In this document: piece after piece, positions 27,680 through 36,588 of the stretch
Position numbering within the stretch: the first letter of the stretch is position 1
Layout of the letters: the number at the start of each line of letters is the position of its first letter
Made by a program: the position numbers and the translations under genes
Assembly (NCBI GenBank): GCA_964399295.1
Contig: CAYNQD010000002.1
Coordinates: 27,859 to 91,858, forward strand
Length of the DNA stretch: 64,000 nt
From: an uncultured Candidatus Saccharibacteria bacterium
GTDB lineage: Bacteria > Patescibacteriota > Minisyncoccia > Phycocordibacterales > UBA918
Reading direction: 5' to 3'
The notes under the pieces: model-generated
What the model saw: the letters and a program-made list of their open reading frames with translations, nothing else
What the model was told of the DNA's origin: nothing
Database searches by the model: none

Positions 27680-28777
27680 ATGGAAATAATAATCCCTCAT
27701 CCCCAGCTAATTAAAACTTTGGAATTGATCAGTCGTATCAGCACCAAGCATGTCACCTTGCCGGTTCTTCAATGTGCCCTAATTACTGCCACTGAAAGTG
27801 GTCTACTCATAAAAGCCACTAATTTGGAACTAAGCATTGAAGTAACTGTTCCTGCAAAAATAAATGAAACCGGAACCATTGCCGTGCCAATGACAACTTT
27901 TCTGCAAAGCATCCAGTATATAAATCAACCGGAAATTACCTTGCGCGACGAAGATGGTGTTTTGCTAATTGAATCAAAACAAACCAATACTTCAATCAAA
28001 TCAATTCCGTTTGAGGAATTTCCCAATATCTATCATTTGGAAAGCGAGGGGGTTAAGGTTAATCGGTCTTTGTTTGCTTTGGGTATAAAGACTTCCGCTT
28101 TCGCGGCTTCGCAATCTTCTATTAAGCCTGAGCTCGGCAGTGTTTATGTGCAGCAGAAAAAAGAACACTCTCTAACCTTTGTTTCTACGGACTCTTTTCG
28201 GTTGATGGAAAAGCAGGTGCCACAAAAAGGCGTAGTCTTAGAACATTCGTTTTTGGTGCCGCAAAAGAATGCTATTGAGTTGGCGCGGGTTTGTGATTTG
28301 TTGACTGAAGATCCTATTTTGACCATCACCGACAATCAGTGTGCTTTGAATTTTGTGAATGAAGGGGTTTATGTTACTTCCAGATTGGTGTCCGGTTCTT
28401 TTCCTGACTACGAACAAATAATCCCCAAAGAATACGTCACCCACGCTACGGTCTTAAAAAGTGATTTGTTGAACGCTTTTAAAAAGACTTCAGTTTTCTT
28501 GAATAAGTTTCAACAAGTATCTTTATCTTTAACTGACAATAATATTATTATCGCCTCGCAAAATAATGAAGTCGGACATATTACTGACACTGTGAAGGCA
28601 GTGATTGAGGGTGAAGAGTTGTCTTTGAATTTTAATCAGCAGTACCTGATCGAACCCTTGTCACACATAACCGACGACAGTGTGGTTTTGCATTTTGCCG
28701 GTATCGGTAGACCTTTGGTAATCAATGGGGTTTCTGATAATACTTTGCGTTATTTGGTGATGCCGATGAATCGTTAG
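27680..28777 (+). CDS. dnaN: DNA polymerase III beta sliding clamp
   Basis: 365 aa, three-domain clamp pattern, follows dnaA. Confidence 0.88.
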   Translation: MEIIIPHPQLIKTLELISRISTKHVTLPVLQCALITATESGLLIKATNLELSIEVTVPAKINETGTIAVPMTTFLQSIQYINQPEITLRDEDGVLLIESKQTNTSIKSIPFEEFPNIYHLESEGVKVNRSLFALGIKTSAFAASQSSIKPELGSVYVQQKKEHSLTFVSTDSFRLMEKQVPQKGVVLEHSFLVPQKNAIELARVCDLLTEDPILTITDNQCALNFVNEGVYVTSRLVSGSFPDYEQIIPKEYVTHATVLKSDLLNAFKKTSVFLNKFQQVSLSLTDNNIIIASQNNEVGHITDTVKAVIEGEELSLNFNQQYLIEPLSHITDDSVVLHFAGIGRPLVINGVSDNTLRYLVMPMNR

Positions 28778-28781
28778 TTTT

Positions 28782-29072
28782 ATGGCTAAAAGGCGCGGGG
28801 AAATTGTTGCGGTTAGGGATTTGTTTGAAAAGTATCGTAAAACCCTGCAAGCACCGCAAAAGACAGTAGAAATAGAATCCATAAGAGTAGTTGGGGAGTT
28901 GTTTAATGTTAAATTAACCGAACAGCAGGTAAAATATACGGTAGCAACCAAGACCTTATATATATCGGCTTCAAGTTTGATTAAGCAAGAATTGAAATTT
29001 CAACATGAGGTGATTTTAAAGGAACTTAAAAAGCGATTGGGTTTGAAAAATTCACCGCAGTGTATTTTGTAA
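28782..29072 (+). CDS. DUF721 (DciA-like) protein
   Basis: 96 aa. Its position immediately after dnaN and the pattern VGELFNVKLTEQQVKYTVATKTLYISASSLIKQELKFQHEVILKELKKRLG match DUF721 proteins found next to dnaN. Confidence 0.5.
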   Translation: MAKRRGEIVAVRDLFEKYRKTLQAPQKTVEIESIRVVGELFNVKLTEQQVKYTVATKTLYISASSLIKQELKFQHEVILKELKKRLGLKNSPQCIL

Positions 29073-29129
29073 CCCACGCGACATAAAAGCGGCGCGCCCG
29101 AAAGGCGCGCCGCTTTTATGTCGCGTGGG
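29073..29129. terminator. 27-bp-stem perfect palindrome (acccacgcgacataaaagcggcgcgcc-cgaaag-ggcgcgccgcttttatgtcgcgtgggt) between convergent stops
   Basis: Read directly. Shares an identical 32-nt core with the hairpin at 32692-32746. Confidence 0.75.
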
Positions 29130-31376
29130 TTACTCACCACTCACCTCCTCTGTACCTGTGCTGTTATTTGGCTCGTTAAGGCTGTAGGTTTCGTTTTTCC
29201 AGAGCTGGACGGCATATTCCCAATTCTCGTACTGATCGTCGGCGTAGGGGTTGCTGGGGGCAGGGCCAAGTGGGTCATTTTTGTTTACAAAATGAAGAAT
29301 GGTGTGGATGTTGTTGTAGATAGAACTAAAGTCAAGTTCTTGATTATTTTGCATCATTTCAAACAGGTGGGTGGTGTCTATGTATTCACCGCGAATAATT
29401 GGCTTTACACCCACTCGGTTTATGGTGGGTTTGGCGAAGTCTTCTTTGGGTAATTTCTCCAAAGCCAAATCCATATAATCACGCCACATCGGAGTAACAA
29501 TCAAGCCGGAAAGGCCGTTCATGGATGAGGGGGTATTATTTCCCACCCAGACACCAACCGCCAGATTGGGAGCGTATCCCATCAGCCAAGCGTCGTAGAA
29601 ATTGTTGGTACTACCAGTCTTGGAAGCCACGGAGCGGTTGGGAAAATTCACCAATGAATTCGCTCCCCAAAGCGGAGTACGAGCGACATTGTCCGACAAA
29701 ACATCACTAATCATCAGAGCGATATTTTTATCAAGAACGCGCTTGGTGGTGATGGAATTTTCTTCAATGACATTACCTCTGGTATCTTCTATTTTTAAAA
29801 TAGAGCGCGGCTCAGCCTTCGTTCCTTCGTTGGCAAAAACGCCGTAGGCATAGGTCATGTCTATCAATCTCACTTCACCACCACCCAACACAAGCGTTAG
29901 TCCGTAGCGTTCCGGATCTTTTAGGTTGGTGAGGCCCATGTCGGAAGCTAGTTTTATGGAATCATTAATACCCGCTAAATACAAAACTTTCACTGCCGGA
30001 ATATTGAGCGATTGAGCCAAAGCGTTTCTGAGATTGATAGGGCCGACGTATTTGTGGTTGTAGTTGCTTGGTGAATAACAGGGTGATTCAGAACTACCGC
30101 TGTTGGCCGGACAAAGCGGTGAAAATTGGGTTTTGACATCAAAAACCACCGTGTCCGGCAAATAACCTTTTTCAAAAGCTTTAGCGTAAATGAACGGCTT
30201 AATGGAAGACCCGGGCTGCCGTAAAGCCAAAGTCACGTTAAAATTACCATCAATATCTTCACTAAAATAATCCCGCGAACCGACCATTGTCAACAAATCT
30301 CCGGTTTTTGGATCAATAGCCACCAGACCGGCGTTGGTGGCGTTAAATCTTTCGATGTTGGTTAGTCCGCGTTCGTAGAGAATTCTTTCCGCTTCTTTTT
30401 GTAAGTCCCAATCAAGAGTGGTAATAACTTTCAAGCCGCGTTCCGACAAAACTTCCTCGCCGTATTTTTTAACCAACTGTTCGCGAATATACATGACAAA
30501 ATGCGGCGCGCGTATATTGCCGATGGCTTGCGGCTGAAAAACAACTTCAGTCGCAATAGCTTCGTCGTATTCTTCTTGGTTGATGAAGCTGTTTTTCAAC
30601 ATTCTTTCCAAGACCAGTCTTTGTCTTTTGTCTAGTTCGTTTCTGTTGTTTCCGTAAGGAGAAAGAAAGGTGGGAGCTTGCGGTAGGGAAGCGATGTAGG
30701 CTGATTCAGCTAAGTTTAGCTCTTTAGCGGATTTGCCAAAAAAAGACTGTGAGGCTTCTTCAACCCCGTAAACCGTTCCGCCGTAAGGAGATTCATTTAA
30801 ATAAATAGCTAGGATTTCATCCTTAGAAAAGTTTTTTTCCAATTTTATGGCCAAAATCCATTCTTTCACCTTACGTGTCAAAGTCTTTTCGTTTTGGAGG
30901 ATGGAGTTTTTTATGACTTGTTGGGTGATGGTGGAGCCTCCTTGTCCGCCTAGTAAATCGCCTTGGGTTAGGTTGACTACTACCGCCCTAATAATGGCTT
31001 TGGGTTCAATTCCAAAGTGGTTATAAAATTGATCGTCTTCAATGGCGATGGTGGCGTTTTTTATATGACGATTGATATTTTCAAATGGGACGATGGTTCT
31101 TTTTACATCTTGGTGGAGATCGTAGAGTAAAATTTCTCCGGTGCGGTCGTAAATTTTTGTGGACTGCAAAACCCGCCGCTCTTCAAAAGCGGATAAGTCA
31201 GGAATTTTTAGCGTTGATACCCAAATTAGAAAAACCGCCAACAAGACGATTGCTAGCGCAAAAATAATAATAAAAAGGTCGATAATGATGTTTTTAAAGC
31301 TGCGCGGCGCGCGTATGAATTTTTTTATTCCCATAATTCTGTTTATTTCCAATATATAGAACCAATAGTAGCACAA
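29130..31376 (-). CDS. bifunctional penicillin-binding protein 1A (glycosyltransferase plus transpeptidase)
   Basis: 748 aa. N-terminal TM, GT51 motifs (IEDDQFYNHFGIEPKAI; GGSTITQQVIKN), transpeptidase SxxK (SSIKPF), SxN and KTG (KTGST). Confidence 0.88.
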   Translation of the reverse strand: MCYYWFYILEINRIMGIKKFIRAPRSFKNIIIDLFIIIFALAIVLLAVFLIWVSTLKIPDLSAFEERRVLQSTKIYDRTGEILLYDLHQDVKRTIVPFENINRHIKNATIAIEDDQFYNHFGIEPKAIIRAVVVNLTQGDLLGGQGGSTITQQVIKNSILQNEKTLTRKVKEWILAIKLEKNFSKDEILAIYLNESPYGGTVYGVEEASQSFFGKSAKELNLAESAYIASLPQAPTFLSPYGNNRNELDKRQRLVLERMLKNSFINQEEYDEAIATEVVFQPQAIGNIRAPHFVMYIREQLVKKYGEEVLSERGLKVITTLDWDLQKEAERILYERGLTNIERFNATNAGLVAIDPKTGDLLTMVGSRDYFSEDIDGNFNVTLALRQPGSSIKPFIYAKAFEKGYLPDTVVFDVKTQFSPLCPANSGSSESPCYSPSNYNHKYVGPINLRNALAQSLNIPAVKVLYLAGINDSIKLASDMGLTNLKDPERYGLTLVLGGGEVRLIDMTYAYGVFANEGTKAEPRSILKIEDTRGNVIEENSITTKRVLDKNIALMISDVLSDNVARTPLWGANSLVNFPNRSVASKTGSTNNFYDAWLMGYAPNLAVGVWVGNNTPSSMNGLSGLIVTPMWRDYMDLALEKLPKEDFAKPTINRVGVKPIIRGEYIDTTHLFEMMQNNQELDFSSIYNNIHTILHFVNKNDPLGPAPSNPYADDQYENWEYAVQLWKNETYSLNEPNNSTGTEEVSGE

Positions 31377-31419
31377 ATTGTCTAGACAATTTAATACGAA
31401 TATATGGTACAGTTATTTC

Positions 31420-32661
31420 ATGAATTTAACAGCAGAACTACAAGCCCGTGGCTTTATAAATCAAGCCTCAAACGAGTCTTTAGAAATAATTTTCGATTCG
31501 GAGAAAAGAGTGGTTTATCATGGAATTGATCCAAGTGCCTCCTCCGCGCACGCCGGTAATTTTGTGCTTTGGATGTTTTTGAAGCATTTGGTCAATGCCG
31601 GACATCAGGTGGTGTTTTTGGTGGGTGGTGGCACGGGAATGATTGGTGATCCCAAGCCGGATTCGGAAAGGATTTTAAAATCGCAAGAAGATGTAAATGC
31701 TAATGTCACAAAAATAAAGCGGCAAGCCGAGCAATTTTTCGGCCGGGAAAAAGTTATTTTTGTCGATAATTATGATTGGCTGGGTTCGCTAAAATTACTG
31801 GATTTTTTGCGTGATATCGGCAAACATTTTACCGTTAATGAATTGGTTAAAAAAGACGCTATTTCCAGGCGATTGACTAGCGAAGTGGGTTTGTCTTACA
31901 CGGAGTTTGCTTACCCTTTGTTGCAAGCTTACGATTATTTAAATCTCTATAAAGAAAAAAACTGCACCTTGCAAATTGGTGGTTCTGATCAGTGGGGGAA
32001 TCTGGTGGCCGGAGTGGATTTGATTAGGCGAGTGGAAAAAGCTGTTGTTTATGCTGTGACAGCACCGCTGATTATTGATAAAGCCACCGGTAAGAAATTT
32101 GGCAAAAGTGAAGGTAATGCCATCTGGCTTGATCCGGAAAAAACCTCACCCTACGCTTTTTATCAGTTTTGGTTGAATGTTCCCGATGAAAGCGTGATTG
32201 AATATTTAAAACTCTTCACTTTTTTGCCGCTAGCAGAAATTTCCGGTTTGGAAGCGGAGGTGAAAAATAATCCGAGCGCTCGCATGGCACAAAAGAAACT
32301 AGCCGCCGCCGTGACAACTCTGGTGCATGGGGAAGATAAATGTGAGCAAGTGATAAAAGTCACCATGTGTCTGTTTGGAGAAACTTTAATCAAAGACTTA
32401 AGTACGGATGAGCTTATGGTACTGAGAGACAGCGCACCGCTTGCCAGCGTGGCTGAAGATTCTTTATTGCTGGACTCTTTGGTCGAGTCTGGTTTGGTAA
32501 GTAGCAAGCGCGAAGCTAGAACCTTTATAGAAACCGGCGCGGTGGCGGTAAATGGAGTAAAGATAACCGACATTGATTATCGAATCAAAAAAGCCATTGA
32601 TGGTGAATTGGTCCACTTGAAGCGCGGTAAGAAGCAGGTGGTGGTGTTGGCGGTGGGGTAG
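31420..32661 (+). CDS. tyrS: tyrosine--tRNA ligase
   Basis: HIGH-class motif (HAGN), KMSKS-like KFGKSEGNAIWLD, C-terminal S4-like domain. The ATG at 31420 is preferred over the TTG at 31378. Confidence 0.88.
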   Translation: MNLTAELQARGFINQASNESLEIIFDSEKRVVYHGIDPSASSAHAGNFVLWMFLKHLVNAGHQVVFLVGGGTGMIGDPKPDSERILKSQEDVNANVTKIKRQAEQFFGREKVIFVDNYDWLGSLKLLDFLRDIGKHFTVNELVKKDAISRRLTSEVGLSYTEFAYPLLQAYDYLNLYKEKNCTLQIGGSDQWGNLVAGVDLIRRVEKAVVYAVTAPLIIDKATGKKFGKSEGNAIWLDPEKTSPYAFYQFWLNVPDESVIEYLKLFTFLPLAEISGLEAEVKNNPSARMAQKKLAAAVTTLVHGEDKCEQVIKVTMCLFGETLIKDLSTDELMVLRDSAPLASVAEDSLLLDSLVESGLVSSKREARTFIETGAVAVNGVKITDIDYRIKKAIDGELVHLKRGKKQVVVLAVG

Positions 32662-32691
32662 GTGGAAAATATATTTATATGGGTACAAAAA

Positions 32692-32746
32692 GGTAAAGTA
32701 AAAGCGGCGCGCCCGAAGGGCGCGCCGCTTTTACTTTACCTTTTCT
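32692..32746. terminator. long palindromic hairpin (ggtaaagtaaaagcggcgcgcc-cgaag-ggcgcgccgcttttactttacc) between tyrS and the acidic ORF
   Basis: Read directly. Its core is identical to the 29073-29129 hairpin. Confidence 0.75.
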
Positions 32747-33016
32747 CTACATTTCATCTACGTCATCAAAGGTATCAAAATCAACATCTTCCGCATCTTC
32801 TTCTAAGGATTCTTCCTCATCCTCCTCATCAGCTTCCTCCTCTTTTTTATCCTCGTCCTCAGTTTCCTCAATTAAACCAAAACCTTCTATCTCATCAGCT
32901 CCTCCAACTACTTCATCGCTCACTTCATCCAATAAATCGTCATCTAAACCGGTTTCCTCGTCTGGATTTTCTAACTCTTCCTCAGTCTCTTCATCATCAT
33001 TGCGTAAAAATATCAT
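32747..33016 (-). CDS. hypothetical highly acidic protein (more than 50% Asp/Glu)
   Basis: 89-aa ORF in an otherwise non-coding 440-bp gap. The stop abuts the palindromic terminator. No clear Shine-Dalgarno. Confidence 0.4.
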   Translation of the reverse strand: MIFLRNDDEETEEELENPDEETGLDDDLLDEVSDEVVGGADEIEGFGLIEETEDEDKKEEEADEEDEEESLEEDAEDVDFDTFDDVDEM

Positions 33017-33102
33017 ATTTATATTTTAATCTTATTTTTATTACGATTGGTTGTAACAAAGTTAAGCACATATTTCAATACGTCAGTGCTCATGGGAGGA
33101 TT

Positions 33103-33582
33103 TTACCTGCCAATGCCATTATGTGCAAGACAGGTAATCCCGACCGCGATAGCGTCGTATTCATCATCCAAGGCACTACTCGGTACATTCTTGACCAACC
33201 TTTTAACCATATCAATAACCGCTTTTTTATCACTTTTGCCATAGCCGGTAGTAGCAATCTTGATTTCCTGCGGGCCAAATTCAAAAACGGCGCAACCGTG
33301 TTTCTTGGCCAAATAAATAATCGCACCGCGAGCTTGAGCGACACCGATAGCGGTCTTTATGTTTTTGTTAAAAAACAGAGTTTCAATGGCTACGGTGTCA
33401 GGATCGTGTGTGGCAATAAGTTCTTCAATGGCACAGCCGATGGCTAGGATGCGTTCATTCAAATCATCAGTTTTGTTGGTTTCCAGACATTCCGAATAAC
33501 GCAAGATTTCTCCAGTTTTATCTTTTTCCAAAATAGCGACACCAACCCGATCGTATCCTGGGTCTATGGCTAGTACTTTCAT
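33103..33582 (-). CDS. ruvC: crossover junction endodeoxyribonuclease RuvC
   Basis: MKVLAIDPGYDRVGVAILE... shows RuvC catalytic acidic residues in an RNase H-like fold. Confidence 0.88.
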   Translation of the reverse strand: MKVLAIDPGYDRVGVAILEKDKTGEILRYSECLETNKTDDLNERILAIGCAIEELIATHDPDTVAIETLFFNKNIKTAIGVAQARGAIIYLAKKHGCAVFEFGPQEIKIATTGYGKSDKKAVIDMVKRLVKNVPSSALDDEYDAIAVGITCLAHNGIGR

Positions 33583-33602
33583 AAAATATAATTTGTGTAT
33601 TG

Positions 33603-34142
33603 TTAAGCCGGTTCGTCGGCGGTGGTGAAGATATCTTGAATGTCGTCTTGTTCTTCGATTTGTTCTATCAAATTGGCTAATTTATTGCCGTCTTCATCTG
33701 ATAGTTCAATGGGAGAATTTGGTAGGTAGAGGTTGTTGTTTTTGGTAAAAGCCCAAGCGGCTGAGCCTGGTGCACCAAGTTGATATCCGGATTTGGAAAA
33801 AATATGTTTTATTTCTTGGCTGGTGCGATTGTTGTTGTTGGTAACGGCGGTGATGAGAATAGCTGTGCCGCCGGGGCCGAAAGCTTCAAAAAGGACTTCT
33901 TGCAGATCGGCACTTTCGGCCCCGCTACCCTTGGCCACCGCGCGGTCGATATTTTCTTTTGGCATAGAATCTTTCTTCGCTCTTTCGATGACAGCCGCCA
34001 AGCCGGGGGAATTGATATCACCTTTAGCTTTTACTGATTCCATAGTAATAAGCAAGGAATGTTTGGAAAAAATTTTACTCCTTTGCGCGTCGGTAGCGGC
34101 TTTTTTGTGTTTGATTTTTGACCATTTATTATGTCCGGACAT
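33603..34142 (-). CDS. YebC/PmpR-family DNA-binding regulator (short form)
   Basis: MSGHNKWSKIKHKKAATDAQRSKIFSK...FEAFGPGGTAILI is the conserved YebC N-terminal pattern. 179 aa, shorter than typical. Lies between ruvB and ruvC. Confidence 0.75.
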   Translation of the reverse strand: MSGHNKWSKIKHKKAATDAQRSKIFSKHSLLITMESVKAKGDINSPGLAAVIERAKKDSMPKENIDRAVAKGSGAESADLQEVLFEAFGPGGTAILITAVTNNNNRTSQEIKHIFSKSGYQLGAPGSAAWAFTKNNNLYLPNSPIELSDEDGNKLANLIEQIEEQDDIQDIFTTADEPA

Positions 34143-34205
34143 ATTTCTAAAATTTATTAAATCTTTTAAATATTAAATATACAGCGGGGGTTGTGGGTGA
34201 GGGGT

Positions 34206-35207
34206 TTAATTAGCATAAGGGTTTTCCTGTAAGTGAGCCATGGCTTTTCCGGTGGTCACTCGACCGCGGGGAGTTCTTTCCAGTAGGCCCTGCCTAATTA
34301 GGTAAGGTTCTACCACATCCTCAATGGTGGATTGTTCTTCACCGGTAGCAGCAGCGATAGTGTTTAGGCCCACTGGCCCGCCGTTGAATTTATTGATAAT
34401 TGCGTCCAGTACCGCTCTATCTGGCGCGCCAAGACCGAGGTTGTCGATCTCAAGCAGATTGAAAGTTTTTTCTATAATATCATTATTAAGCTCTCCGCCT
34501 TCAAGTTGGGCCATGTCGCGGCAGCGTTTTAGCAGATAATTGGCGGTTCGCGGAGTGGCTCGACAGCGGCCGGCGATGCTGAGCATGGTGTCAGAGTCAG
34601 TGGTGACATTGAGGATTTGAGCCGAATGAGAAAGAATAGTGGCAATTTCCTGATGGCTATAAAATTCAAGCCGGAACGTTCCGCCTGAAAAGCGGGAGCG
34701 CAGCGGCGCGGAAAGCATGGAAATACGCGTCGTGGCGGCTACCAAAGTGAAGGGTGGCAAGTCGAGCTGTACGGTGCGAGCTGATGGTCCTTTTCCGATA
34801 ATTATATCCAGTACTCCAGATTCCATGGCTGGATAAAGCACCTCCTCGATACTTTTAGATAGGCGATGGATTTCATCAATAAACAGCACGTCGCCAGGAG
34901 AAAGGTTGGTCAAAATGGCCGCCAAATCACCAACGCGTTCGATGGCCGGGCCGGAAGTGATGCGCATGTTGGTGCCTAGTGTCTTGGCGACCAGGTGAGC
35001 CAGGGTGGTTTTGCCAAGTCCCGGCGGGCCGTAGAGCAAAATATGTTCAGCGGCGTGTCCGCGCTCGCGAGCGGCGGTGAGAAGAATGCGCAGATTTTCT
35101 TTGATTTTTGTCTGGCCGATATAATCTTCCCAGGTTTGAGGACGGAGAGTCTGATCGAGATTGCTGCTCTCATCCTTGGTAATTTGATTTTTAGCAACGT
35201 GTGACAT
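34206..35207 (-). CDS. ruvB: Holliday junction branch migration ATPase RuvB
   Basis: Walker [15 protein letters not shown], Walker [11 protein letters not shown], and C-terminal winged helix. Confidence 0.92.
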   Translation of the reverse strand: MSHVAKNQITKDESSNLDQTLRPQTWEDYIGQTKIKENLRILLTAARERGHAAEHILLYGPPGLGKTTLAHLVAKTLGTNMRITSGPAIERVGDLAAILTNLSPGDVLFIDEIHRLSKSIEEVLYPAMESGVLDIIIGKGPSARTVQLDLPPFTLVAATTRISMLSAPLRSRFSGGTFRLEFYSHQEIATILSHSAQILNVTTDSDTMLSIAGRCRATPRTANYLLKRCRDMAQLEGGELNNDIIEKTFNLLEIDNLGLGAPDRAVLDAIINKFNGGPVGLNTIAAATGEEQSTIEDVVEPYLIRQGLLERTPRGRVTTGKAMAHLQENPYAN

Positions 35208-35537
35208 GACGCTATTCTAGCAGATTTTAGGGTGTTTGGGTTAAGGCCCCTATGCTAATCAAACCAACAAACTCTTCACTGCCAAAAGTGATCGTCCCAG
35301 CTTCCGATTTAAATACTGCGCAAAAGTAAAGGCCAGTACGGCCGACTATAGTCGAGACATGAGTCCCGAATAGCTTTGAGCCAAAGTCTCGTGTATTTTC
35401 ATATGTGCTTTTAGTTGTTCGTTCACTGTTTCAATCAGTGGAGGTTTGTACTACCTATGTTTTAATACATCTTTTTGCTAGGTCAATTTAGGTATATGGG
35501 TCGCGGTCAAAATATGGCCAAATGTAGATTAGAAGAC

Positions 35538-35909
35538 TTACTTCACCAAAAATGTGACCAGATCACCACGGTCACTATAGTAGGAGTGATTAAATTCTAT
35601 TACGTCTGTAAATACCTCTAAAAGATTTAGATCAACTTCTCGTAAGTTAATATTTTCTGCTACACCTTCTACTTCGGCACGCTCCTGTGCTTTACGTAAT
35701 GCTTCAGGCGACCAATCCGTACCCGTAGCAGTCATTCCACGTTTAGCGAGTTTCATCACAGCATCACCAGTACCGCAACCTAGATCAATAGCATTCTTTT
35801 TCTCGTTCTCAACTTTATTTAAAATAAGATCCAGTAAAATTTCATTCATTGGATTGTAGTCTCGACCAGCTTTAAATCCCTCATCCCATTTGGTTTGTTT
35901 TTCATTCAT
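35538..35909 (-). CDS. truncated class I SAM-dependent methyltransferase-like protein
   Basis: Motif I LGCGTGDAVMKLA and post-I acidic residue are present but the product is only about 123 aa. Start set at the ATG at 35909, because the longer track ORF would read through an intrinsic terminator at 35941-35982. Confidence 0.45.
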   Translation of the reverse strand: MNEKQTKWDEGFKAGRDYNPMNEILLDLILNKVENEKKNAIDLGCGTGDAVMKLAKRGMTATGTDWSPEALRKAQERAEVEGVAENINLREVDLNLLEVFTDVIEFNHSYYSDRGDLVTFLVK

Positions 35910-35940
35910 AATAGTAAAGTTATTGTATAGAAGCTTAAGA

Positions 35941-35982
35941 AAAAAAGAAACCCTGGAATACATTCGTAAAACAGGGTTCCAG
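35941..35982 (-). terminator. minus-strand intrinsic terminator (stem aaccctg/cagggtt, then T-run on the minus strand)
   Basis: Hairpin plus T-tract read on the minus strand, immediately after the stop of the GNAT-like remnant ORF. Confidence 0.5.
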
Positions 35983-36159
35983 TTACAACAGAAGGGCCAT
36001 CTGGTACTTGTCGACATGTTCACCATTCACAAGTGCACAACGATATAGAGTACCTTCGTTTTGGAAACCAAACCTCAAAAATTTTGGTACCGAAGCCATA
36101 GCCGGAGGCGTGTTTTTGGTGACGTGGCTCTTTGGCTCTTGGTGGGAGATAAGTTATCT
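35983..36159 (-). pseudogene. GNAT acetyltransferase C-terminal remnant
   Basis: Minus-strand open frame of 58 codons (39 from the ATG) ending ..FGFQNEGTLYRCALVNGEHVDKYQMALLL*, which matches the conserved C-terminal GNAT pattern. No upstream remainder of the domain. Confidence 0.35.
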
Positions 36160-36282
36160 GTATTTGGCCGGGGGACTTATATTAATAGTGATGTCTTTTC
36201 TTTTGTGGTTTGTGGCAAGAAGGAAAATTTAGAGGCAAAGCTATTGACAAAAAAAATATCTATGCTAGGATAGACGTTAATT

Positions 36283-36575
36283 AATTGTTCTCAAGGGCCA
36301 AATCACTTTCTGGGTTGTTTGGAGGCGTATTTTTAAATTCAAGTCAGTTTTTCTAGACGATAACTCTCTAAGCAACCGGGGTACGTTGCGAGGCTTTTTT
36401 GGCTCTCACCTTTTGAGTGAGGGTGCTGAAAATTCTCTTAGCGCGGTATCCACTTTCAATGCGGAAGCTTTGCTTAGAGAGTTATCTTCTCGAAAATAGT
36501 AAAGAACTAAACAACTCCCTGACTATATCATAGCCAAAATAAAAAACAGCTTGACCGTAGCTGTTTTTTATTTTT
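36283..36575 (+). ncRNA. candidate structured non-coding RNA locus of unknown class
   Basis: Sigma70-like promoter (ttgaca 36245-36250, 17 bp, taggat). About 290-nt body with a 17-bp long-range inverted repeat (gataactctctaagcaa at 36363 / ttgcttagagagttatc at 36471) enclosing local hairpins. Strong terminator aacagcttgaccgtagctgtt plus T-run at 36546-36575. No ATG-initiated ORF longer than 24 codons. Confidence 0.35.
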
Positions 36576-36588
36576 GAGATCATGACTT

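Noticed and set aside
32662-33447. 261-aa plus-strand track ORF rich in His/Pro/Leu/Gln
   Set aside because: It overlaps ruvC on the opposite strand and the palindromic terminator. Its composition is typical of an antisense shadow of coding or GA-rich sequence.
35910-36026. Longer N-terminal extension of the methyltransferase ORF (start at 36026)
   Set aside because: The extension would be translated through a minus-strand hairpin plus T-run terminator and through the stop region of the GNAT remnant. The internal ATG at 35909 was chosen.
36008-36273. Plus-strand track ORFs 36008..36232 and 36061..36273
   Set aside because: They are antisense to the GNAT C-terminal remnant. No RBS. They overlap a promoter-like element at 36245.
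36283-36575. Identification of the structured locus as RNase P RNA, tmRNA or SRP RNA
   Set aside because: It shows none of the conserved RNase P P4/CR-I-to-V sequences, the tmRNA tRNA-like ends (GGGG... / T-arm...CCA), or the 4.5S domain-IV motif. Its class is left open.
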